A stretch of DNA of 63,983 nucleotides, filler included, from Hyphochytrium catenoides (GCA_900088475.1; 6 parts of 6 records of this genome joined end to end with filler, not necessarily neighbours in it), one strand, 5' to 3'; positions 12,003 to 25,472 are shown, numbered from the whole stretch's first letter. Notes: generated by a model from the letters alone, not told the origin. A program made the numbers and translations.

Positions 12003-12837
12003 ATGCGGCGATACGGCACTCACTTCAAGAGAGAGGGATGGAGTTCTTCTTCTACCCTCCTTCTCTCTCTTCTTCTTTCTCTCCTTCTTTCGTCTTCTCT
12101 CCTGTCTCCCGCGCTGGGTATGAAGCACTCATGGACGATGGAAAATGAGAAGAGAAGACAGTTTCCTCTTGAGGTTTTTGGCTTCAATGAGGAAGGGACA
12201 GCGGAGATCAGCATCTCAGAGTTCAGGGTAATCCCTATCGTTCCATACTCTCTGAGCTTTCCCGTGCTCTCCTCTCTTGGCACAATTGTTCTCTTCTCTC
12301 TCTCTCTCTTTCTCGCTCTGTCTCTCTCTCTCTCTCTTTCGTTCTTTCTCTCTCTCTCTCTCTCTCTCTCTTCCCTTCTATAGTTCTTTCTTCTTTCTCT
12401 CTTTCTTGTCTCCTATCGTCGCCCTCCTTCCTCTTTGATTATGCTTTCCTCCCTTGTTTTAGGCCTCTAACTCATCATGTGCTTGGTAGGTGGGCAACGA
12501 TCTCAAGAAACCCCTGGCTTTGCGTCAGATGGGAGTTGCCTTACAGCTGGTTTGTCTCTCTCTCTCTCTCTCTCTCTCTNNNNNNNNNNNNNNNNNNNNN
12601 NNNNNNNNNNNNNNNNNNNNNNNNNNTCTCTCTCTCTCTCTCTCTTCTCCCTCTTCCTCCTGCTGCTCCTTCTGAGGCTTGCTTCTTTCAAGACTTCATG
12701 GTGTCGGAGTGAGTGAGTCAGGGGTTGGATGTCTTATATTCTATCTTGTCTCTCTTCCTTTGACTAACAGACGGAGAGCGTCGCTAAGTTTGCCATGAGA
12801 TTTGAGGTAAGGATTGCCATGAGTAGAAGAGGACTAG

Positions 12838-12870
<33 letters not shown>

Positions 12871-15800
12871 NNNNNNNNNNNNNNNNNNNNNNNNNNNNNN
12901 CTGGTGGAAAGATATGCGGAGCTAGAGGATGAGTGATTCAGAGACGGCGGGAGGCACTCCATGCTATCCGAGCAAGGGACAAAGATAGGAGGAGGCAGCT
13001 CATTGTCTCCGTTGAAAAGAGAGAGGCAGAAGAAGAGAGGGACAGAGGAAACGAGAGAGAGAAAACGAGAAGGCAAGGGCTCTGTAAACTTCAGACGCTG
13101 CGAGGAAATGGGTGTTACTTAGAAGTCCAACCACCTTGATGCTTCTCTTTAGAAATATGGAGACTCTCAGCCCTGCCTCCTGAGCCTAGCGGAGGAGACA
13201 GACTTTCTCGACCTCGCCAGCAGCACAAAGTCAGTGCAAATCCTGAGAGCAGTCCGATAAAGACTCTCTCTCTCTCTCTTAAGAATCCTCTCTCTCTCTC
13301 TTTCTCTCTTTCTTTTCTCTCTCTTTTTTCGCAATATGTTGATAATCCTCTCTCGTCGCTTTTGAGGGTTAGAATGTGCTCTTCAAGCGCTAAACTGTGG
13401 TCAATCTCTCCTGCAGAACCCTGAAGAAGACGATCACTGTGCCAGGCTTCTATATTCTCTACTTCTTTCGCTGTGATGACTCTCCCGATCCCGTCTCCTT
13501 CAAGGTGAGGTGCTAGGTCTGTTGTATGGCCTGTCTTTCCAGCATGCCCATGTTTGTTCCCTAACTCTCTTTCTCATTCTCTCTAACTGTCTCTCCTAAT
13601 TTTTTCTCTCTCTCTCTCGATGTCTCTGCTCTCTGTTTCTGACGCTCGCTCTCGATTGTTGTCCGATCGCTTACTCCTCTGGCGCCAATCTCTTGGCATT
13701 TTCATTCTCGTAGATGGAGGCGGCCCTGATCAACCCTGGGCCCAACTATCTTCCGAGCGGGGATTCCAGTCTCCCATCTCTTTATCTTCTCTTCTTTGTC
13801 ATCTTATCAGGGCTTTGCGGACTCTGGCTGCGCGAATTGAAGAACAGAAAGGACAAGGCACGGCTTCCATGTTTTTCTCTCCTCTATATGCCATCGTTTC
13901 TTCCCTGCCTGACGTCTTCACATGAGTTACGGCGCTTCCCGATCTCTTCACTTTGCCATTGGCCTTGGGTTGCCAATAGTCAAGGCCCTCTCCTCTTTTA
14001 TCTCTTCTACCTTTCTAGTTAGACAGTTCTGCCGATGACATGACCCTCACTCTTCGTCTTTCATTGGCGGCGCAGGTTCACCAGGTTCACAAGCTAATGG
14101 CGCTGGTGATCCTGTTCAAAGTCCTGGCAGTAGGGGCAGAAGGCCTGCGGTACCATTATGTAAAGACCACGGGAGACCCCTCAGGCTGGAATATCGTCTA
14201 CTATATCTTCGCATTCCTGAAGGTACGCAAGGTTTTGAGACACCGGCCCCACCAGGGAAAGGAGGTGGTTAACTGTCTGATCGTCAACGGCTGGGATTAG
14301 GAAAGGCTGGATGATGGGGCGCGAGACAGACAGCAAAAACTCCTTGATCCTCGCTCTTCTTTGCTTTTTCGTCAAGAGCCTTTCCAGTGGCCCTTCGATA
14401 GTGCTGCTTACCATCAATCATAAGCTGGGCCTGAACTTGCTCTTTCCATTTCCGCTCACGGCGTTCTAGGGCGTATTAATGTTTATCGTTATCCTGCTGA
14501 TTGGCAGCGGCTGGTCTCTTCTTAAGGTGGGCGTCTTCCTCTGCTAGTGGATGCGTCTATGCCTCGTGTGGCTTATCGGCCTCATTTAAAGTCGTTCGAC
14601 GTGACCTACTGGGGATACCGGGGCAATGTGTGCGCGATTACCTTTCCTCCTGCTCTGCGCAAACATCAAACTGCCCAAACTTCCGAACGCTCACTGATAG
14701 TGCAGTATCCCCGAGTCATTCACCTGACATCGACAATGCTTCTCCCTCTTGTAGCCCTTCTTGAGCGAGCGCGAAAAGAAGTTGATCATGACTGTTCTAG
14801 CACTGCAGGTAAATGGATAATTATATCGAGAGGGAGGTCCTTTTGGCCTTATCCAGAGCTGAGTTCAGACACAGAGAAGTGATGACGATGGGCGAAACTT
14901 GGGAAGGGATCAGAGCTAGGAAACGACGGAACAGTGGGAATATGACCTAGAAAAAGAGAAGGAAATCTTAAGTGAAATCTTAAGTGGGAGTGGTGCGGCT
15001 AGGAGGGCTGGCCAAGCCGGGAATGAGGGGTGCTTCGAATGCAGCTTGTCCCTACGATATTGAATGGGTCTTCGCGTTCTCTTGGGACCATGCTAAGAAG
15101 AAGGGAATACTCTTTCGTCCGTAGGTCGTGGACAACATCGCACTTATAGTCTTCGAGGAGTCCTCTCCTGGCTCAGTGAAGTGGCTCAACTGGAGAGAGA
15201 TCTTGCATGTGATTGATATTATCTGTTGCTGTGCCATCCTGTTTCCCATCGTTTGGTCCATCAGACAGCTTCGAGAAGCGGTTAGAAATGACGGCAAAGG
15301 TACTTGCCCGCCCATGCTCTAGGCGCTGTCATCGCCGTCCTGGCTCCATGATTTGCTCTTTTGTTATCTCAGTATTAGAGCTGCCTCTCATCCTCTACCT
15401 TGGCCTCATAGGCCCTAGCACCCCGTGCTAACCTCTCTCTTTCCGCCAGCTCAAGTTAATCTCCAGAAGCTGACACAGTTCCGTCAGTTCTACGTGTCCG
15501 TGGTTTGCTACATCTACTTCACACGCATTGCAGTCTTTCTAGTCTCAGCTACGTTGCCCTACAATCTGGTAAGAGATCTTAAGGTTCTTAATCCACTTCT
15601 TTCCTATCCTCTTACGTTTCAAGCTATTTACTTCTCTTCTCTCCTCTTGGATCGGTCATAGCTCCTTGCTCTCAAAGGTAATTGGGTACACTGCGAAAGA
15701 CAGTGATGCTAACACGACACATCTCTCACTTATATTCTTCGCATCCCTGGTTTCCGATATCCCTGTCCCTGATAATTTGAAGACTTGGCTAAGAGTCTTC

Positions 15801-16347
15801 TTCACTGAGGGAGCCACAGTTGTCTTCTACACAGTTGTCGGGTGAGCAGACACTTTTACTTTTCTAAGTCTACATCTCTTCATCTACCTACGTGTACCTC
15901 CATCATACACAAAGAGTATAATCTCTTCGTCTTATATATCCACAACGGCCCTTGCCTACGTTACAGCTCCTAGACTCTCTCGTGTTCTGCTTCGTCGCTC
16001 GCAGCGTCTTGTGCCTGTCTTTGACTCATACTGATTCTCTTATAGGTATAAGTTTAGGCCTGCGGCAGACAATCCCTACATTCCTGTTCGACGGGATGAC
16101 AATGACTTGGTACGACGACCTCATCTTCTGTCTAGGCTACGGAGAACTCAAGGCTCCTGTGCCTCTTCTAATATGCTCTCTCACTTGTCTCTCTTTCGCG
16201 CCTTCGCATCTTTGCTCTTCTCTAATCTCTTTGTCTCTTGTCGCTATGTAGGAGGAGTTCGGGCTCATGGCAGAGGATGAGGACTCTGATCTTGGGGATC
16301 TAAGACCGTCGAAGCCAAGGGCTGTGGATGCGAAATCCTCTCTTTAG
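12003..16347 (+). CDS. GPR107: GPR107/GPR108-like GOLD-domain seven-transmembrane (lung 7TM) protein
   Basis: About 14 exons with a signal peptide. Motifs NYLPSG...LP.LY, VH.LM.LV..K, LIGSGWSLLKPFLS.REKK, CCCAILFPIVWSIRQL, KL..FRQFY..VV.YIYFTRI, GYKFRP..DNPY. Stop TAG 16345-16347. GC-AG intron 13858-14075. Confidence 0.92.
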
Positions 16348-16886
16348 CCCAACCGTTAGAAAAAATTAGAGCTGCCCTTTGGTCAATCCTACAGGCTTGT
16401 TCTCCCAGTCTTAACTGACCCAGGCTACCTGCTTCCCATCTCCGTTCTTGCCTCTTCCGCGAGGCTTCCTTTAACCCTGCATATACACGTCCCATTCTGC
16501 CGACCGCAAGTAGCCTTTGCTATTGCACATGCCTTTGCTGCCCTCCAGCTAGCTAGCTAGGGACCTTAGGTCTTGTCTTGTTAAATCTACTTTGCTGCTC
16601 AAGTTTCACCTTTATTGGCAGTACGTTAAGTTGTTTCCTCTCTAAACAAGATAGATAAAGAGTACTTTGGTCGTTAGGTTTCTAGCAACACTGAGGCCTC
16701 GGGCCCAACCCTTGTGCAGGGTGATCCAAGAGTCATCGGTGGGTTTTCACTCCTTCGTCCGGAGTCAAATGATGACCTTTTAACATTATCATGAAATGGC
16801 CTATCCTTGCTATGGACCCATGAATCTACCCCGCTTTAGATGGACTCGAGTGTTCTTAACCTTCTCCTGTTATTCCTGCCGCATTA

Positions 16887-17438
16887 TTAAAGCCAAGACG
16901 GTAACTTCCAGAAACTGATTTGGTCGTGTGCAACTTTCACCTCTTCATGCGATGTCGGTCTGAAGAGAATCCTGCCAATCATGAAGTGGTCTACACACGA
17001 GGAGACAAGAGAGAGGATGGCGCAGGTCGATAGACGACCGAGAGGCGTGTCCCAGGTCTAACTCTTAGGGAGAGGTTTGGACGACAGCCACGGAGTCCAA
17101 CGGAGCGGCGCCACGCTCTGACGCACTGATGTGAAGAGGCCTGCAAAGTGCAGGTTGGTGTGAAGATGCGAAAGATGATGGGAGAGAAACTATTCCAACG
17201 GTTTATTTCGTCTATTAATTCTTCTTTAAGATAATTTTCCCGTGGCTGTAGAGTGTCCAACTAGACTACTTTCCCTGAAGGTTTCTTTTGTTTCCGATGC
17301 TTTCAGGAACCGAAACGGACCATCAACGTTGATGGAGGTTGAAGTGCGGCTCCGGCCCACTCTGCTCCCAGGTCCGCTCGTCTGTCTGCCTCGATAGAGG
17401 TCTGAGGCCTGGGGCGCCACGCTGCACGACGAGCCCAT
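16887..17438 (-). CDS. Putative small orphan protein with N-myristoylation/palmitoylation-like start (MGSSCS)
   Basis: ATG 17438 gives MGSSCSV. Downstream exon-like segments (LDTLQPRENYLKEELIDEIN; RLFTSVRQ...) are bounded by plausible splice sites. The exon chain and the 3' end are uncertain. Confidence 0.3.
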
Positions 17439-17632
17439 TGCTGCACTCTTCCGGTTCGCTCTCTTGCCAACAGTACTGCAGGGTTCGGGTCCGGAGTCAA
17501 TTGTTATAAGAGCACAAGGCGGCCGAGTTGAGTGAGACCTGTGTGATGGAGATGGCTCAGGTACACCGGTAGAGTTTGAGGGGCAAGGTATCGGACCGGC
17601 AGCAGGCACGAACTACGCCTAGGGCTAAGACA

Positions 17633-20600
17633 ATGGCAGGATGGGATCAGGTTTCCGTCTTTCTTCTCAATCCCCGCGTCTACGTTCTTCTTTTTGCCTT
17701 GGTGGCCTTTCTTTATCATGTCCCGATGCTCATAGTTGAAAGCTTCGTCCTGAGCGAGTTCCTAGAGCGGGTCAATCAAGATGAGGCTGTGGAACTGGGC
17801 TGTTATAAGGAGGACGATAGAAGGCTCCTGCAGATGTGGATGGTGGTTGCAATATCCCTCCATGCCGCCATGACTTGCTTGTCTTTCCTCAGCACCCTTA
17901 TCGTTATTGGATCTCCAATCTCCTCACCTCATCCTTCCTGGATCCCTGCGGTCACCTCTGCCTATGCCATAGCGCTTGTTGACTTTGGATGGACGGTGTA
18001 TGGCATTGTTCTGGCTGTCAATAAGAAGGAAGTTCTGAAATGTGCAGACCAAAGCGAGCCTACTACTGTGGTACGATTCAATAGTAGCTACGGCTTCTGT
18101 CTTGTCGCGCCAAAATGCATTTCCAATCTAGAGATAGAAGGGGCAACTCTTCTCCTTTCTCTCTTCTAACTACTTTTGAAGATCTCTTACGCTATCCTTA
18201 CTGGCATCCTTCATCTTCATCTTCTTCTTCTTAGAGATCTTCTCACCTTTACTTACCGCTTCTCTCCCACATCCTCTGACGATGTCGCAATGTATTGAAC
18301 CTTCATCTCCAGGCCCTGGTCGGGATCATTCTCCTGGTGCAGTTTATTCTGTCAGTGGTGTCGACTTTCTTTTGGTTCCTATTTCAAGTCTTTTGCAGTA
18401 GTCCAATGTCGCGCCAAGAAGGGCAATACAAGCAGTCTTTCGCTTCTCTCTGCAGCACTATGTTCTCCCTCTTCTCTTGCCAGCCTTCCAGCCGCCACAA
18501 GGAAATCTGGGAAAGGTAAAGAACGCCTATCTAAGCACAACGCTAAGGGCCTTTCCACTCCTATATTGTGAAAGGAGGGGGCGCCTCTCATGTCTCCTCC
18601 AAGAAAGCGACAGTAACCGATTGCCTTTCTTTTAATTGTACGGTAGGATGGGAAATATGCTGGCGGACCATCTCTTGATAAGCCGCGGGGAGGCTCTGTA
18701 CGCTCGGGTAGATCTGGAGGATTTGCGCTTCTCCCTATCGTTAGTGCGAAAGAAACACATTGAGGTACTCCCAAAGTCGTGGTTCCTTGTTTCGCCCTCC
18801 CCAGGTTTCTCTTGGGCTGACCTCTGGAAGCTCTATCTGACCCATTAAACTAACGCTGGCAACAACTTACCTTGACCTTAGGAGCGAAGAGAAGAAAAGG
18901 AAGTCAATATGCATAGAGCCTTCACTGCCCAGAATCAAATTCTAATCTCTGAGGTAGAGCTTGAAGATATTCAGCGGTATTCTAAGATCTCGATAGCCAT
19001 GTACGGTTGGATGGTCTTCCTGGCAGGCTACCCTGCCTCCTACGTCCACTATATATGCTCCTGTCGGTTTCTCTCGGGTTGTGTCCACTCCGCTTGGAGA
19101 ACAGTCAAGCTTAAGGCAGATTCCTGCTATAGGACCAGAGCCTCAGCTTTTGTCTCTATGGCTAACCTTAAGCCCGATGATGTCCTTTACCTGAACTTTT
19201 TCAACGATATTCACAAGTCTCCGTATGGTATCGTTAAGATAGACGAGAGGAAAGAACTCGTTATTGCCATCAGAGGAAGCCTCAGCATGGGAGATATTAT
19301 CAGCGACGGCCTGGCGATGGCGGAGGAGTTGCAGGTGAGCTGGAGATAAACCACAGAAACATTACACAAGGAGAGAGGTCATATAGTCTCCTTTTGAGAG
19401 ATCGGTTGGCACTACTGAGTAACTGTTCCTTGCAGCCAGGAGAGATTGAGGTGGACTGGACGGCGTACACACATGCCGGATTTCTAGCGTCTAGCCGAAA
19501 TATATTTGAGCACCTCAACAAGGGTGTACGACGAGAGATCTTGGACGAGTATCTCATAAAGCAGAAATACCAGCTTATCGTTACTGGCCACTCCCTTGGG
19601 GCAGGTAGGGAATGAATGAGACCGGATAAACGAAGGCGTTGATTTGGTTCCTTACCGTTCTTGTACGCCGGTAGCCATAGGCACACTACTGTCAGCTATG
19701 CTTAGGAAAGAGTTCAAGGACTTGAAGGCGTTTCTTTATGCGCCACCACCAATGCTGGATCCAAAGACGGCCGCTTGGGGAAAGAGCTTCATGACAACCG
19801 TAATCAATAGGAACGACATAGTTGCAAGGTTAAGCGAGAGGTCTGTCGCTTATCTGCGGGAAGAGATGATCGAAGAGTACGCGAAGGTGAAAGAATTCCT
19901 CTGGCTGTTCGCTGCTCTTCCAAAATCACGTCTCTAGTTAACCATGAGCTAAGCTTCATTCTCTGTAGACCTCTGCTGCTTCACTATTCCAGCTCATACA
20001 GCCCCCACTCGGTTCTCTTGGAGACCTTAGTTTGCGGGAGTCTATCAGAAGCATTGGCAAAAGGAAAGACTCTAAGACTGTAAGCCGCACCACATCTGAG
20101 ATGGCAGAGTTGACGGTAGAAGTCTCACCCGAGGTTGCTCCTCCTGATAGTAAAATGGTAAGACTCTATTGCTTTGCGTTCAGTGCTTCAACTAACCCCT
20201 ACCTTTAGGAGATTCCCATCAATCCAGAACGGGATAGCTCTGAAGTCATCTCAAACTCAGCCCCTGGCTCATCGGTGGCGGGGGTCCATGACCTAGAAGA
20301 TCTCGGAGAGAAGCCTGGAGTCCCCGTTAAGGTACTTTTGTGCCCATGATTTCAGAACCTGCGATTCATCTAGGGAAGTTGATCCCAAGAGACCAAGAGA
20401 AGGGCGGCGGTCGAGCGAAAGTAACTGATGTCTGATTGCAGGAACTACTCTCCCGAAGAGATTCGATCTCCATTGCGGACAAAATAAAGTCTCGATTTGC
20501 CAAGAAGCCGGGTCAGTTTCCAGAGTTATGTCTTGCAGGTCGGCTGATTCTTCTCACTACCGTGAGAAGAAGGAGTAAGACGTCTTTGGGGCGGGCTTTT

Positions 20601-21078
20601 GCAAGACGAGAGGTAAGGGCTTGGCAGTCACTTTATCTAGTCACACACCGGCTACGCTCTTGCTTACCTGGCACATACTCCAGGAGAAAATTTTAGTGGA
20701 GGAAGTTCAGCATGAGAACTTCGCTCGTCTCTTCCTGCCAGGCTCATCTTGCATCATCGACCACATGCCCTGGATCTGTAAGTTCACGATTTATAAGCCT
20801 TGAGGCACTTATGGTTGACTCATTAGAGGGATGGGCTCTAACATGGACGCCGCTTCGTAGACGGTGAAGTCATTGAGAAGGCGGTAAAGCAGTACCGAGA
20901 ATCGCACTGTAATGTTGACGAGTATGGAGAGATGCCCATTGCAAGAATAGAGATAGACTCCTCTACCAGTCCCACCGTTACTCCAGATGGCCCGGAGAGG
21001 AAGGAAGCTACTGGAGGAGAGATTGGAGTGGTTATCCGAGTACCTCCCTCTCCCTACCAGAGCTTGGGCTCTCCATAA
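17633..21078 (+). CDS. Diacylglycerol lipase-like protein (N-terminal TM helices + lipase class 3)
   Basis: Multi-TM N-terminus; LVIAIRGSLS..DI..D; HAGF; nucleophile TGHSLGA; NDIVARLS (Asp); DHMPW (His). Spliced exons stay in phase to TAA 21076-21078. Confidence 0.88.
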
Positions 21079-21186
21079 ATCAGGTGTGACATTTAACCTT
21101 ACGATTGGTGTCCCTTTGCCTGTGCTCCCAGGCGAAGGTTTACTTTCTTAGAACTTTGTCTATCTAGGTGGACCTCTAGCCGGTTA

Positions 21187-22479
21187 TCACATCTGACTCC
21201 GCCAAAACGTGTCTAATCTCCATTCCAGGCTATCGATGGCTGTGTTTTGTTGGTCGAGGAAGGCGAGAACTTTTTCCAACTATAACAAAAATGATGGAAA
21301 GGATGAGGAATGCGCCAGAGAGGGGGATATCTTTCTACAAATCTCACGCACCATCTTTCTTGAGCTGTCTTGTGCGATGGTTAGATGGCCGAAGTATCCC
21401 TCTTTCTTTAAGGTATCAAATGGTAACTCGGCACTGGCTTCTTCCTCTTCTGACGCTTTCTCACAGTTCCATGAGACCCTATGTACAAATAAATTGAACT
21501 CGTACTCAGACGACGACAGGAAGTAACTCACCGTAGTCCTTTCGGTAGTCCATATTGGGCAACAATTCTGCCGGCGCCGCTTTGAGGGTTCACTTTGACA
21601 GGCAATCTGCCACTTTGGTCCATGGCTTGATACGAGAGCCGTTCTTTCCCTATTGGAGTGGCCACCGAGGCGGAAGTTGGCTGCTTTGCAATCATAGACG
21701 TAAGCATGCATCCATTCACTTCTTCCTCTTCGACTGATGATACTTCAGAAGTGCGATCGAATTCATAGTCCTTTGGGGCGGACCAATCTAATGGTGAGGA
21801 CTCGGTCTGCTCGTCATTGGAAGATGGAGATCGGCGGCCTTGACCAATAACGAGCTTTGGATGGAGGTTCCCAAGAGGCTTCACTTTCCTGGAAGTCGTA
21901 GATGGCACATCAAAAGACTTGTTAGATCAGTAGACACTTGATTTTGACAGACCCATACATCCAATGGAGGCTTACCTAGCCTTCGCAACATCACGATAAG
22001 CTGCCAACTCCTCCTCCTCATCGATTTTGTGAATCTCTCTAATGATGCGGGAGGACGACCGAAGACGACTGGAATTGAAGTACACGCAATAAACCAGTCT
22101 AATTAGGCATGTGAAGGGCCTTATCACGGGGGCTCTCTTGAAATTCACGGAAGTGCTGAAGCTAAAGAGTGAAGAATAATGTGGAACTGTCCGATCAAAC
22201 AGGGTCTGCCTTTGTCGCCCCCACCTGAGTATGTCAAAGGCTCCATCTTTCCAACTCTGTACATCCTCCCAAGCCTCCTGGGTTAGCTTTTGGTATCTGC
22301 CTTTGAGATTGGCATGGGATATTTTAAAGTGTAGGACTGGTTAGAAACAACGTAGGATCTACCGCTATTGAGAACTTAGACCTACTAAGAAGCTCATCGA
22401 TATTGGCGGTGACAGTAATAAGGTCATGCGGGTAATCATAGGGACTGAAGAGTGCTGTCTCCTCATCATCCAGGACCAT
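21187..22479 (-). CDS. Hypothetical protein (6-7 exons)
   Basis: ATG 22479 (MVLDDEET...). In-phase short GT-AG introns give an open frame ending ...LEWRLDTFWRSQM* at 21187. No recognised domain. Confidence 0.6.
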
Positions 22480-22750
22480 TATTTAGATACATATAGCGCG
22501 CATCTAGACGCCAGTCGTACTTCACGCTCGGCCCGAATGCCTAGAGCTTAAGCTTGAGACATCCCTTCAGCTGTAACTCTCATTCGCTTTGAGTGGAAAT
22601 TGGTAGAATGGGCCTCCAAAGAGGTTGCGTCCAGAAGGAGAGGAGGCCCAAGGACTGCTTTTTGATCAACGAAATACGTTTTGAGAATTCAAAAATCACT
22701 TTTCGGAATCTATTTGGGTGCGCTTCGTAATTGAATTTGACTTTTGAGTA

Positions 22751-22779
22751 TTTCGCGCAAAAGGAAGCGCGAGATTGGC
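22751..22779. promoter_or_regulatory. E2F-like site (TTTCGCGC) and CCAAT box upstream of the hypothetical gene
   Basis: TTTCGCGCAAAA at 22751 and ATTGG at about 22774, roughly 280 nt upstream of ATG 22479. Confidence 0.3.
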
Positions 22780-23073
22780 CCGGTAAAAGGCCTGTTACTG
22801 CCTATCCCAAACTATAGATCCCCAGCGGATTGAATGGAGTATGGCATTTGAAGACAGGTGTGACTGACTGTGTCTTGAGAACTTCCTGTCCTCCGACGCC
22901 AGACTGTATTTTTCCCTCGATAAGTGTAGCCTGTCCTTGGGCTGTGCGCCACCGTACGCAACTTCTGCTGAGAACAGAATTTCCTGGACTTTCTTCGACA
23001 TTGGGGGGTCTGCTGTCGACGCCTGGCATCCGGTCCGGAGGCAGTAAAGATTCCAGGCTGGAGACCGCTAGGT

Positions 23074-24188
23074 TCATGTTGCTCGGAAGTATTCTAACAT
23101 CTTGTCTTCGAGCTCATGGGTGTGGCCAACAATCACCAAACAGTGTAAGGGGCTGCCAAAGTCCACAGTAAGAAGCTCTTGCATCGTGCCCGATATGATT
23201 CTTTGGTCTGCACGCCCTAGTCTTGCCATGCCCACGCACATCGTCCCTGGACCATAAACTAGGCTCTAATTTTAGTGTTTTGCCAACTGATCTCTGCAGG
23301 CAGCTCGGCCACTTACCTCCTTCTCCTCGTCTAGATTCTATTTCTAAAAGCTGTTCCAGCGCCTCATTGACAGTCATATACCTCGGAGGGAGATAGACCT
23401 TCTTCCCTCTCATCATGGCATTGAAGTCCGGTTCCTTGACCTTTATGTCTGGAGGAGGGCATTCGTCAGAAGAAGGCATCCATTATCGCGAGAACTTGGG
23501 CCTTTTATCACCTAACAAGCATAGGGTGTGAAGCCCTCCAGACCGGTTAAATTTGATCTTGTCATAGAAACTATCTGGCCGCCACTCTTCTGTAAAGAAT
23601 GGAATCGAAATGGTCTGCCCATAATTGTAGAGCTAATATCGCGTAGACTAGGTAAGATTCTCGTAAAGAAAAGCGTGCCACTTCAAGCTCACCTGTAAGC
23701 CACAGCTTCCAATTGCACCCATCACTGAAGTATTATGTATGACGACCACTTCAGCCCCAATCTCTTTTGCCCTTAAGACAAGATCTGTGTGTGTCGTCGC
23801 GCTAGTGAGAGGGGTTCAGTGTATGTTCTGCGAGCCATGGTACGTCGTAAAGTAACTCGTACCAGAAAGGATCACCCACGACCAAGAACGCCACATCTTC
23901 TGTCTTTGCCGTCTCATATATTGTTTCAGCTTCGCTCTCGACGCACTCTCTATCTGCTATCGCTATCTTCTTACCATAGAATGTCTCCTACATAATGAGC
24001 GGTGTCATGGAGGTAGGGCTCTTCGCATCAATAAGTCCTTTCAATCTTACCAACTTCTCAACGTCTATACCCAATATAGATGTATACATCTCTAAGAACA
24101 CCTTTGAGCACCTTTGAACCGCTTCCATGCCCTTCACGGTTACATCTTTCTCGTCGCCCAGGCCGAGGCCTACCACGTATAGCACCAT
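23074..24188 (-). CDS. DPH5: Diphthine methyl ester synthase
   Basis: Six exons: [79 protein letters not shown]. Confidence 0.97.
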
Positions 24189-25472
24189 GGCCTATATGAC
24201 GACCGAAAACTAAGCCAAGCTTTCCCTAGCACAGAGATGACACTAGCTGCACCTCACTGGGACGTCCAAGCTTAGGCCTGAGAACAGTGTACTGCTGAAA
24301 CAGTTATCCGTTCTCTAGCAGCATGCAGCTCTATCACTTTTGCTTCCTAGCTCATAGTCATAGACGCATGGCGAAGAAAGCAGAACTTGAAGAATCTATG
24401 AAAGCCGTGTTTTCGTGTGTTGGCTGAAGCTGGGAGCTGTTGAGCTGTTATTGGTGATTGGATCAGGTGCATTTATTTCTGCATGGACCATGGACAATTC
24501 TCCTTCATTTGGTTTCTGAGTCTCTGACAGCCCATGACACTACTGATTACTGATTACTGCCGCGGTAGAATAACTGATCTAGAGTGAGTGGGGTTGTACA
24601 GGTACGAGTACGAAGTGCAGCCATTGTTGTTTGGATGCCGTTACCGCCAGAATCTGCCGACGTGGAGCACACTGGTTGGCCTGACACATTTCGAAGGGGT
24701 GGGCTGTTCGCTGGCCAAATTAGTCAGTAACGGGTCTCGCGTCACATCGCTAGCTCACCTGGCTCGAGGTGTGACGTGTGGTTTTTGTCTATCATTTCGT
24801 ATATGGTAATGTGTAGACAGAGTTGTAATCACTGTACATGTAGTATGGGTGTACTAGCCTTACCCCCTCTCTCAAATTATCTTTGAACGGAAACATTTGC
24901 ATTGGCAATATGATAATTTGTTTCTTTCAGTGCCTTTGAATGTAAACCTGGTTTATTTCAAGGAAGGGTATAGAAACATTTCAGTGTCCCCCTTCTGTAG
25001 TGTAGATGGTCTGGGCTGTTTCTCTTTTTACAGATTACAATATGCTGTGGAGTCTACTCCTCCCACTCTCTTACTTGGTCCTATTAGCGGGTCCACCGGC
25101 ATAGATTTGCCGCGGCTGTAGGAAAACACAGAGTTCTCCGTCTTTCCTGGCCTCTTATTGTACAGAGGGAGGCATGCGCTGATTGTGAGGCTCTGGCAAA
25201 CGGATCTGCAGACATCTTTTGCGTTGAAGACTCTGCTCCACCGTGCTGTGCCTGTGTTTGTGGAGTAGGAGGTGAGCACCACAATATGATTTTTAGCTAG
25301 GAGTTTCAATCCTCACTAAGGCTTCGTTTGGCTGTCACTCCAAATTGGGTAGGCTTGTGGTCTTAGTTAGCTCTAAGGAACAAGTTTAAAGGATAACGTG
25401 AGTTCTTCCCTGGTGGTGAGACATCGTGGTTTGAGAAGCTAACTTGCGGATCCCGTTTTCTAGAGAGAAAGG

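Larger units (their letters stand above)
1..13700. repeat. (GA)n/(CT)n microsatellite-saturated domain (similar domains at about 28.9-37.0, 39.9-44.2, 50.8-58.7, 59.7-61.7 and 63-64 kb)
   Basis: Dozens of perfect and degenerate GA/CT tracts fill introns and UTRs. Most internal N gaps sit inside them. Confidence 0.95.

Noticed and set aside
12003-24188. GPR107 and DPH5 close together (both are host factors for ADP-ribosylating exotoxins in mammals)
   Set aside because: Unrelated genes lie between them and there is no evidence of functional clustering; probably coincidence.
24200-25470. Hidden gene or snRNA between DPH5 and SAR1
   Set aside because: No convincing ORF and no U-snRNA, tRNA or 5S signature recognised.
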